Positions 56,699 through 64,000 of a stretch of DNA of 64,000 nt are shown one piece after another (position 1 is the stretch's first letter; each line of letters starts with the position of its first letter). This DNA comes from a virus. The notes below the pieces were generated by a model. The model ran no database searches. It was not told the DNA's origin and saw only the letters and a list, made by a program, of their open reading frames with translations. The position numbers and the translations under genes were made by a program. The DNA lies in IMG/VR virus record IMGVR_UViG_3300030333_007705, positions 1-64,000 of that record, one strand, 5' to 3'.

Positions 56699-57673
56699 TC
56701 AAGAGTTGTCTACGCAAATCTTATTAAAATGCTGAAAGATCTCAGAAAAATTAGTTTCGCCAAAGCCATCCTGCAACATCATCTTTATGACCTCAGTCCT
56801 ATTGAATGTATTGTCCGGAGAGTCTAGTGTGGCATTTATCTCTTTTTTTGAAGAAACTGTAAGCATAGGGGCATAGAGTTGCATCATCTTATAGTTGCGC
56901 TCAACAACCTGCCGATGATCTACCACATTTTGGTATGCCTTGATGTCCTTTTCCTCTAGTTGCTTTTCGCAGTGTTCAATTAGGTCATCCACAGTTGCGG
57001 CCTGTTCGCTCCGCAGGAATGGGAAGCGGCGGGCGACTGTTTTCAATCCCAAGCCAGGAACACCGTCAAGATTATCTGATTTATCTCCGACGATCGCTCT
57101 GGCAATTGCAAAATTATTAGGATGTATATCAAACTTGTCAAGCAAAATTTTTCGATTTACAACTTCTTTCTGTACAGGCCGCATCAAAACGGTGTGCTCA
57201 TTTAGTAGCTGAAAAAAATCTTTATCGCTCGAAACAATCAACTTTTGCCAGTCTTTAAATCTGGGGTGCTGGGTAACGTAGCCAATGACATCATCAGCCT
57301 CTGTGCTATCAAACATAAATTGGACAACTGGCATCTGGTTTAGATATTCGACCAGCCTGGTTTGTTGCCAAATTTTGTTTTCAAGCTCTTCGTGTTCAGA
57401 CAGGTTTCTGATACCCCTATTGAGCCTAATTGGCTTTCTTCCAGCCTTGTAGTCTTTCTTGATTAGTTTTCTTTTACGAGAGCCTCCAGCACCATCCCAA
57501 CAAACGACAATCATGTCAGGCTTTGACTCTCTAACAATCTTCTGTAAACTCTGGATGCAGCCCTTGAGACCGCCGATTGGCTGTCCGTTAAGAGACAGAC
57601 TCGGATTTACAATATAGTTCCTAAAAAATAGGTTCAACTGGTCAATGACCAGCATACGTTTAGAATTTTTCAC
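56699..57673 (-). CDS. 5'-3' exonuclease/RNase H (T4 Rnh/PolI N-terminal type)
   Basis: LVID, WDG, YKAGR, EADDVI, SSDKDF, GDKSDNLDGVPGLGLKT. Confidence 0.92.
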   Translation of the reverse strand: MKNSKRMLVIDQLNLFFRNYIVNPSLSLNGQPIGGLKGCIQSLQKIVRESKPDMIVVCWDGAGGSRKRKLIKKDYKAGRKPIRLNRGIRNLSEHEELENKIWQQTRLVEYLNQMPVVQFMFDSTEADDVIGYVTQHPRFKDWQKLIVSSDKDFFQLLNEHTVLMRPVQKEVVNRKILLDKFDIHPNNFAIARAIVGDKSDNLDGVPGLGLKTVARRFPFLRSEQAATVDDLIEHCEKQLEEKDIKAYQNVVDHRQVVERNYKMMQLYAPMLTVSSKKEINATLDSPDNTFNRTEVIKMMLQDGFGETNFSEIFQHFNKICVDNS

Positions 57674-57681
57674 TCTTTCCT

Positions 57682-58017
57682 CTAGTTTCTGTAGATTCTG
57701 TTTTGGACTTTTCCAACTTTCGTAACAATAAAAGAATAAACACCATCGATCTTTCTAGCTTCAAAAGCCATTTTTTCGACATGCCTTCTCATCGAGTCCT
57801 CAGTTTGAAAAAATTTAACTTTCAGATATGTTTTCTCTGCGGATGCGGAAACTTTTTGAGCTGCCTCCTTGACAGTCACAACCGTGATTCCGCATACTCC
57901 GCGCAAATTATCTGTTATAAGAGTGAGTCTTTTTGTCCGATCCGAGCGCATTATAACATCCGCTTCATATAGAGTGTCTTTAAGATATTCCCTAACAAGG
58001 CTTTTTACAGAATCCAT
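57682..58017 (-). CDS. Hypothetical late protein
   Basis: ACTATTTA upstream; VREYLKDTLYE leader. Confidence 0.6.
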   Translation of the reverse strand: MDSVKSLVREYLKDTLYEADVIMRSDRTKRLTLITDNLRGVCGITVVTVKEAAQKVSASAEKTYLKVKFFQTEDSMRRHVEKMAFEARKIDGVYSFIVTKVGKVQNRIYRN

Positions 58018-58045
58018 TTAAAATTCTCCGTTTATATAAATAGTA

Positions 58046-58480
58046 CTAAAGCTTGTACATTTCAAACGTTCCTTCATTAGTTGTATAATAAACTCTTTTC
58101 ACCCCGACATGTCTTAGTGCCTCATGGCACATAGGACAAGGCTTACTAGAACGAAACTCACCTTCTTTGTTAATGCGACAAACATAAATATCTGCGCCTG
58201 TGGTGCTGTCTCTCGACAGGCCCAGGACGCAACCAAGTTCGGCATGCACGGTCGCTGGGCCTTGGCCTGACCTTCGAAAACGGTTGCCAAAAGAGCTAAA
58301 GTTCTCTTTATTGAAGGAAGCGTTTAGCACAGAGCCGCCCCTGACAAGAACCGCACCATGTCGAATGTTGCCATAAGTACTGTTATGAGCAACATTCCGC
58401 GCTAGTTCGAAATTGCGACTAATTTTGCGAGTCACGCTAACTTGCGTGCCTACCGCTTCTGTTCTTGACTTAAAAGACAT
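58046..58480 (-). CDS. Cytidine/dCMP deaminase-family zinc protein
   Basis: HGAVLV, HAE, SKPCPMC. Confidence 0.85.
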   Translation of the reverse strand: MSFKSRTEAVGTQVSVTRKISRNFELARNVAHNSTYGNIRHGAVLVRGGSVLNASFNKENFSSFGNRFRRSGQGPATVHAELGCVLGLSRDSTTGADIYVCRINKEGEFRSSKPCPMCHEALRHVGVKRVYYTTNEGTFEMYKL

Positions 58481-58525
58481 ACACCCTCTAGATAAATATA
58501 AGAACCTAGAGGGGAGTAGAAAGAA

Positions 58526-59647
58526 CTACTCAGAATCAATATTATAGAAATCGCTAGCTTTGCCTTCCTTGTTGTCGAAACGCATGATGATCTCCTCATC
58601 CATAATCTGGAGCACTCTGGACTTGAATTTTTCATCTTTTAGCTTTTCTTTCCACTTTGCAGCTTGAAACTTGTCAACACTCCCATCTTCATATACAAGG
58701 TTATACCAAGCCCCAGCTTGCTTTAGATTATCCGATCCCTTGATTGCCTCAAGCCAGCTTTCTTCGTCCTGAATGCCAACATCGCCGCCCCACATAATTT
58801 TAAATGTGCATTGGCGACCCTCAGTGCCAAAGCGACTTTTCTTTAAAGTAACTTTAACTTCTGATCCAACTCGGTAACCATTTTCATCAACAATAAAAGA
58901 CGCCTTGGCCTTCCTCTTAGTTAGCCAGATACGCAAAGAATAAGCGTAATGCATCGCCTTGCCTCCGGGCGTGACATAGGGAGTGGTCATCGCCTCCGCG
59001 ACGTTGCTAGTAATGTTGGTCTTAAGCTGATTCAAAACCAAGAACGTTGATTCAGATGCAGCGATTGGCACGGTCAGCTTTGACATGCCTTTTGCAAGAA
59101 TTCTTGGCTTAACAGCCATCGAGGACTGTGGGTTAAAGTCTCCTTCAACGTCGCTAATTGAAGGAGTAAGCGCCAGCGAGTCCCAAATAAACAACATTCT
59201 GTTATCGTTTGAGCCTAGTAGCTCTTCAATTGTCTCCAGCACATATTCAACGCTGGGCGGCTGTAGATATAGGATATTGTCAACGTCGCAGCCTGCGCTG
59301 GCTAAAAATTCAGGATCAATAGCTGATTCTGAATCAAAGTATACAACGTCAATGCCCAGCTTTTGAGCATTCGCAGCAATTTGTGCTGCCATATAAGACT
59401 TACCTGAGCCTTCAAGTCCAGCGATTTCTACGATCTTTCCGACCGGAACTCCAGCTAGATGGCCCCTGCAGATAACACTATCAAGCCAGCGTGACCCCGT
59501 TGAAATCCACTCCTTGACTTGTGTTGGGTTGTCTTTTGTCAGGTCAAAAGCAACCTCTCTGCCTGATTTTTTGTTAATAAGATCTCGCATTTCGCCAATG
59601 CTCAAACGACCTAGTTTTTTCGCTTTCTTAGCCACACCTTCCTCCAT
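58526..59647 (-). CDS. recA: RecA/UvsX recombinase
   Basis: ISTGS..LD, GLEGSGKS, YFDSE, IWDS, LNQ, TPGGKA. Confidence 0.92.
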   Translation of the reverse strand: MEEGVAKKAKKLGRLSIGEMRDLINKKSGREVAFDLTKDNPTQVKEWISTGSRWLDSVICRGHLAGVPVGKIVEIAGLEGSGKSYMAAQIAANAQKLGIDVVYFDSESAIDPEFLASAGCDVDNILYLQPPSVEYVLETIEELLGSNDNRMLFIWDSLALTPSISDVEGDFNPQSSMAVKPRILAKGMSKLTVPIAASESTFLVLNQLKTNITSNVAEAMTTPYVTPGGKAMHYAYSLRIWLTKRKAKASFIVDENGYRVGSEVKVTLKKSRFGTEGRQCTFKIMWGGDVGIQDEESWLEAIKGSDNLKQAGAWYNLVYEDGSVDKFQAAKWKEKLKDEKFKSRVLQIMDEEIIMRFDNKEGKASDFYNIDSE

Positions 59648-59648
59648 T

Positions 59649-59685
59649 AAAAATAAGGCACCTGTAACCCGTGCCTTCCTGCGGT
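59649..59685 (-). repeat. 37-bp direct repeat copy 1 (terminator-like hairpin)
   Basis: AAAAATAAGGCACCTGTAACCCGTGCCTTCCTGCGGT. Confidence 0.85.
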
Positions 59686-59697
59686 ACTTACTAAAGT

Positions 59698-59979
59698 CTA
59701 CTTGGTATTAGTACCGGTAGAAGGCGTAACAATCACCTCCTCAACAACAACAGGGGTGTTGTCGCTGTTGATAGGACCAGTAGTCTTAGTGCTAGTTGTG
59801 TTGGTTGTATTTGTAGCACTTTCGGTGCCAACGCTAGCGTCCAAACCATTTGAAACTGGGTCCGTATTTGGAGCCGGTGTCGTAGTGGGTTCAGCTACCG
59901 TAGTAGTTGTCTCTTCAGCAAACGGGTTACAACCAACCATCATTGCAAGACATGCCATAGTGGCAAAAATTCTAATCAT
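59698..59979 (-). CDS. Thr-rich small lipoprotein
   Basis: Lipobox MVGC; T/P-rich mucin-like body. Confidence 0.7.
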   Translation of the reverse strand: MIRIFATMACLAMMVGCNPFAEETTTTVAEPTTTPAPNTDPVSNGLDASVGTESATNTTNTTSTKTTGPINSDNTPVVVEEVIVTPSTGTNTK

Positions 59980-59995
59980 AGTAAAATCCTTTTTA

Positions 59996-60033
59996 AAAAA
60001 TAAGGCACCTGTAACCCCGTGCCTTCCTGCGGT
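59996..60033 (-). repeat. Direct repeat copy 2 (one extra C)
   Basis: AAAAATAAGGCACCTGTAACCCCGTGCCTTCCTGCGGT. Confidence 0.85.
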
Positions 60034-60038
60034 TTTCT

Positions 60039-60812
60039 CTAGGCGCCTAGAAGATCCTCAAAAGCCTGATCAACAGAGCTTTTTTCTGAGTTGCTCGTAT
60101 ACCGAGCAGACTCAACGGATGCATCTTCGGCATCCTCCTCCCCAAGGAGGAACTCATCCAGCATTGCTTGGACTTGCTCCGGCGTCTTACGTTCGAAGAC
60201 ATCGTTAAAGTCCGGAATGCTATCGAGTAGAGTACTAATCTCTTCCTCAGAATCCACGAGCTTGGAGGGACGACGACGGGGGGTGATAGTGGTCTGAGGA
60301 AATTGAGCGCCGGCTGGCTTGCCATAATTAATGACAAGGTCAGTGCCCTCATTTACATCAGTAATATCACCGTACTCGGGATTGAGAACGAGATTTAGCA
60401 ACTCTTTATAGGCCATCTTTCCATAGCCCCATAGTCGCACACCTTCCCCCTCTTCTCCACGGACGAGGACAGGTGAAAAGAAACGCTGTCGTGCAGACAG
60501 GTTTTTAGCCATCTTGACGGACTCGTCAGAGCCATCCTTGTATAGCTGTCGGATAAAATCATCAAGCGGATCATCTTCTCCGAAATTCTTCTTAGGGCTC
60601 AAGAAACCAGCGTTCTTGCCCAGGTTATAGTGAAACCAATACTGCTTGAATGGATCACCATCGGCAGTTGGTAGAAGGCGAATAGTTTGCTCGCCATCTT
60701 CCGGGCGCCAAAAGACGCTCTTGCCATTTCCGCGATTCTCTAAGGCGTCGCGCTTCGCCTTCATTTTTGCAAAATCAATACCCATTATTTTCTCCATTTT
60801 AATAGAGTACAC
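60039..60812 (-). CDS. Single-stranded DNA-binding protein (T4 gp32-like)
   Basis: FWRP..G..TIRLLP...PF...WFHY, LWGYGK, YGDITD..GTDL; acidic C-terminal tail. Confidence 0.8.
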   Translation of the reverse strand: MYSIKMEKIMGIDFAKMKAKRDALENRGNGKSVFWRPEDGEQTIRLLPTADGDPFKQYWFHYNLGKNAGFLSPKKNFGEDDPLDDFIRQLYKDGSDESVKMAKNLSARQRFFSPVLVRGEEGEGVRLWGYGKMAYKELLNLVLNPEYGDITDVNEGTDLVINYGKPAGAQFPQTTITPRRRPSKLVDSEEEISTLLDSIPDFNDVFERKTPEQVQAMLDEFLLGEEDAEDASVESARYTSNSEKSSVDQAFEDLLGA

Positions 60813-60886
60813 CCGGCTAATGTTCCAGATGCCTGATTCTTTTTAACTTAGTTATACAATAGCAACTCTTGCTCAGTAGTAAAACT

Positions 60887-61720
60887 TTATTCTAAATATT
60901 CTTCCTGAACCATGGTGGCATAGTGTTTGGTGTAAACATACGTGTCCTTATAGGCAGTAGAATAAATTGAAAAAGAGGCATTAACCTCTTTCGATGATTT
61001 TGTACGCACTGATGATCTGACGTCGTGCAGCAAAGACTTGTTTTCCTCCAAGTGAGAGTTGTTAACTCCAAAGTAGTATACTCTACTTCTGGGCATCTTT
61101 AAATCATAAAACAACTTTTCCTCAAAATCCTCGAACTTGACAACACCAATGGTGCTAATCCTCGCAGTATCGGGCTTGCTTGAAAAAGTTGTCAGCAAAG
61201 GCTCTGTATTCTCGAATACATTTATCATGTGAAAAGAATTAACAATTGTATCATTAATTGAGCCCCAGTAGTTTTTTAAAGATATGTGCGGCGTCAAGGC
61301 TTCTATTTTTTCATTAGAAACAAAGCAGAATTCCTCAATCACGCCAGAGCGAGTGTATTGTTGCAGCACCTGACTAACAACTCGATTTTGCGCAGAAGCG
61401 AGAGACGACATGTCTTCTTCGGCAGGCTTAATGTATAGAATTTTTATTTTATTTGTTTTCAACTCTTCAAGCAGGCGAAGAACACAGCCAGAAATAGCTC
61501 CGGCGCCGGAAAGCACGAGCAAAAGCTGGTCTTCCGAAAAGTTTAATCCGAGCTTGGTATAGTTTTTTTCGTAACTCTCGTGATCCTGTTGTTTTAAAAT
61601 TTTTATAAAATTGTCATACCCGGCGTTCTCGACGTCGATGCACGTTGTAGAATACTCAGGAAATGAGGAAAATTTTTGTGCTATCCTGCAACCAGCGGAT
61701 CCAAGACCTAAAACTCTCAT
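60887..61720 (-). CDS. Tubulin/FtsZ-superfamily (PhuZ-like) protein with degenerate signature
   Basis: VLGLGSAGCRIA, CIDVE, SGAGAISG, VSNE, INDTI. Confidence 0.65.
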   Translation of the reverse strand: MRVLGLGSAGCRIAQKFSSFPEYSTTCIDVENAGYDNFIKILKQQDHESYEKNYTKLGLNFSEDQLLLVLSGAGAISGCVLRLLEELKTNKIKILYIKPAEEDMSSLASAQNRVVSQVLQQYTRSGVIEEFCFVSNEKIEALTPHISLKNYWGSINDTIVNSFHMINVFENTEPLLTTFSSKPDTARISTIGVVKFEDFEEKLFYDLKMPRSRVYYFGVNNSHLEENKSLLHDVRSSVRTKSSKEVNASFSIYSTAYKDTYVYTKHYATMVQEEYLE

Positions 61721-62895
61721 TTTATCTCCTTGAGGTTTCCAAAATTTCTGCCCATGGATAGATTAGCTTTGAAGCGGCCTAGTGATGTATCTGAAAATAC
61801 GCTAAGGATCTCCTCTAGAAGCTGCTTGTCTTCTCTGTCGACATCCAAAACTACGCTATCATGCACAAGAAACGCAATTTTAGTTTTCTTGCCAGCAAGA
61901 AGTTTATCAACCTCAAGCACGCTTCTCAAGAACATGTCGCTGGCGGTGCTTTGTATTAGATAGTTTAAAGCCTTGTCGGGCTCTACCTCTATTGTGCGAT
62001 TGTACGGCGTAGATACGCAGCCGTCAATATAATATTTTTTAAGCATCTGATGCTTATCAAAGAAGTTTGATAATTTTTTGTTTTTAGCGTTTGGATTGTA
62101 GAGCCATGCAAAAACTTTCTTCTTGGCTTCGGCGCGTGTTATCTTAGAGTCAAAAATATTCTCTCGTGCCCACTCATGGATATCAGCTTCGGGCTGGGGA
62201 TCTCCCATAAGCGAAAGCAAAGTACGAATTTCAGCTGAATTATAATCAAGTTCAACAAACAAATCATTCTGAGGATGGATAACGCTGCGCAAATTCCTGT
62301 TTAAGGTTAAGATTGGAAAACTATCTGAGTGTGTGGAGAGTCTTCCTGTTGTTGTACCCCATAAATTATATTTTACTTTTGTTTGTGCATTCTTGATCTT
62401 CGCGAAACCCTGCCTTGCAGAAGGATTTATAAAATCAAGGTTTTTTAACTGCAGGTTTAGCTCTTGTGTTGCTATTTTATCGACAAGTGCCGACATGTCA
62501 ACCATGAAATCATAATTTTTTGGCTTTTTTGTATGCTCAAAGACATAATCAGTTATTTTATTCTTTACCTCACAAAATTCCAGTAAAAACTTCTTAGGCA
62601 CCAAATCATAAAAACAGACATGATCTAAATTTATCTTGGCGTGCTTAAAAGAAGTCAAAAATGCGGATGCGCGGGAACGAATGTGCTCGTATTCGTCCTT
62701 TAAGTGCTCTGGGCAGGCGGCCGTGAGGTCTGCGCCGTGGGCCCAGATCTGAGCGTATTCAATATCGCGACCCTTAAAGTGGGGACTGTAGGACCAAGTT
62801 CTACTCAAATCTATATCACCGGGATAGTGACAAAGCTCGCCTTCACAGTAAATCGCATAGCATTCTTTTTTGTTATCTAATGCTTGAAAAAGCAA
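61717..62895 (-). CDS. Minimal family A DNA polymerase domain
   Basis: TTTGRLS, ELDYNSAEIR (A), RAEAKKKVFAWLY (B), NYLIQSTASD, LVHDS (C). Confidence 0.85.
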   Translation of the reverse strand: MLFQALDNKKECYAIYCEGELCHYPGDIDLSRTWSYSPHFKGRDIEYAQIWAHGADLTAACPEHLKDEYEHIRSRASAFLTSFKHAKINLDHVCFYDLVPKKFLLEFCEVKNKITDYVFEHTKKPKNYDFMVDMSALVDKIATQELNLQLKNLDFINPSARQGFAKIKNAQTKVKYNLWGTTTGRLSTHSDSFPILTLNRNLRSVIHPQNDLFVELDYNSAEIRTLLSLMGDPQPEADIHEWARENIFDSKITRAEAKKKVFAWLYNPNAKNKKLSNFFDKHQMLKKYYIDGCVSTPYNRTIEVEPDKALNYLIQSTASDMFLRSVLEVDKLLAGKKTKIAFLVHDSVVLDVDREDKQLLEEILSVFSDTSLGRFKANLSMGRNFGNLKEIK

Positions 62896-62896
62896 A

Positions 62897-64000
62897 TTAT
62901 CCTCTTTTCTTGTTTAAGGAGCCTCGAAGCTCAAGGTCGACTTGTGATGGGTCCGATTTTGACATTTCAGCCAGCTGCTTTCTGTGCTGATATTTGAATC
63001 TTGTTTGACCATGCCAATATTCGCCTTCTCTTATAAACTTACTATCCATGTGCCCCTTTGTCAAGTCATTAATGTAATTTAAGCCAGCAATGGGGCCCAT
63101 GACGTTATTTGAATTCAAAACAATATCAACGTGGTGAGCAAAGCTAGTTTCAGAAAGTTGATGGCCGGTCTCGGCCAGGCGTAAGTGCAATATTATCTTT
63201 AGCCAATATTCATCTCCATACACCATCTCTTCAAGTTCGCTTTTTGGATCATCAGGCCCCGGCAGGGGCTGTCTATTCTCGTATTGTCTTTTTACAGTAT
63301 CAACAAAACAGTCTCCATCAAAAGAAGACTTATGAAATCTTAATTTAATATAAGAACTATACTGTCCATAGAAAGAACTGTAAAGATCAAACATGCTTTT
63401 TCTCAAGTTCTCAATTTCTCTTAAGTGTGATTTTTGATAGTAAACATCAAACACACTATCAAACTCCAGGCCATAATTTGCCAAGTATTTTGCAGCACCA
63501 GACACAAGCTCGGCGCCTTCCTCTAATCCAGTTTGCTTATTTTTTTTAAAATATTTGCCGCCGGAAGCAACATTAAAAACTATACGCCAAGGTGCGTTTC
63601 TATCGACCATAAAGCCAAACTTTCTAGCTGTTTCTACAAAGTGATCATAGTTGTAATCATTTACATATTGAGGAATCTTGTTGTTGGCTACTACATGAGG
63701 CTCACTAGCTATATCGATCATAAGCCCGCTTGCATATGGAGAGCAATGATTGGACAATATAAACCCAGTCATGGTGACCGGAAAATAGTAAGCAATTCTT
63801 GAAGCGTACCTTAAAAATTCGCGAACAAAATCATTAAAATCATGTATTTTTTCATGGCGGCGGTCCACGCTTAGGTACTCTTGCACGAAATTTACATACA
63901 TTTTTTGCATGTGCTTGCTGTAATTATAGGCAATATCACCACTCCTTTGAGCTTTATAAGCCTTGAGGAAGCGATTATACGGACTGTCTTTAACAAGGAA
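62897..64000 (-). CDS. Hypothetical protein, 5' end outside the window
   Basis: Frame stays open from 63910 to the window edge. Confidence 0.65.
   Translation of the reverse strand, partial: FLVKDSPYNRFLKAYKAQRSGDIAYNYSKHMQKMYVNFVQEYLSVDRRHEKIHDFNDFVREFLRYASRIAYYFPVTMTGFILSNHCSPYASGLMIDIASEPHVVANNKIPQYVNDYNYDHFVETARKFGFMVDRNAPWRIVFNVASGGKYFKKNKQTGLEEGAELVSGAAKYLANYGLEFDSVFDVYYQKSHLREIENLRKSMFDLYSSFYGQYSSYIKLRFHKSSFDGDCFVDTVKRQYENRQPLPGPDDPKSELEEMVYGDEYWLKIILHLRLAETGHQLSETSFAHHVDIVLNSNNVMGPIAGLNYINDLTKGHMDSKFIREGEYWHGQTRFKYQHRKQLAEMSKSDPSQVDLELRGSLNKKRG

Noticed and set aside
60887-61720. Claim of a nucleus-forming phage
   Set aside because: A tubulin-like gene alone is insufficient. No chimallin or multisubunit RNAP is recognisable here, and sigma factors imply use of host RNAP.
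1-64000. Alternative genetic code (stop-codon reassignment)
   Set aside because: Core genes are full-length in code 11; TAA, TAG and TGA all terminate genes; no suppressor tRNA.

Overview
This window is a 64-kb, almost entirely minus-strand segment of a large (jumbo-type) dsDNA bacteriophage. A GC-rich Myxococcota/deltaproteobacterial host is inferred from a CglF-like protein, a Cys-repeat/VWA lipoprotein, sigma54 promoters and GC-rich early-gene codon usage. There are three zones. (1) 1-12.8 kb is AT-rich and late-type. Many unrelated proteins share an N-terminal leader (MxKLFENWRxYLxE or MKIxxxxLxxxIxEE) resembling a capsid-targeting/prohead-protease signal, and there is a cassette of gliding-motility-like surface proteins. 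(2) 12.8-31 kb is a GC-richer early/host-takeover region. It holds an RpoH-like sigma factor behind a complete sigma54 promoter/IHF-like/triple-palindrome architecture, a MoxR-VWA pair, about 16 copies of a TTTAC-N16-TAYNNT promoter and a candidate structured ncRNA. It also has arrays of about 25 tiny SH3/KOW-like genes joined by a standardised dual-coding connector, which behaves like a cassette junction. (3) 31-64 kb carries three tRNAs for AT-rich codons, a proteostasis set (GroEL, GroES, Hsp20, ClpP, PDF), nucleotide metabolism (IMPDH/GMPR, dUTPase, ThyX, NrdJ, deaminase) and replication genes (DnaE, helicase, 5'-3' exonuclease, RecA/UvsX, gp32-type SSB, tubulin-like protein, minimal PolA). 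All family calls come from motif recognition by eye; no database searches were run.
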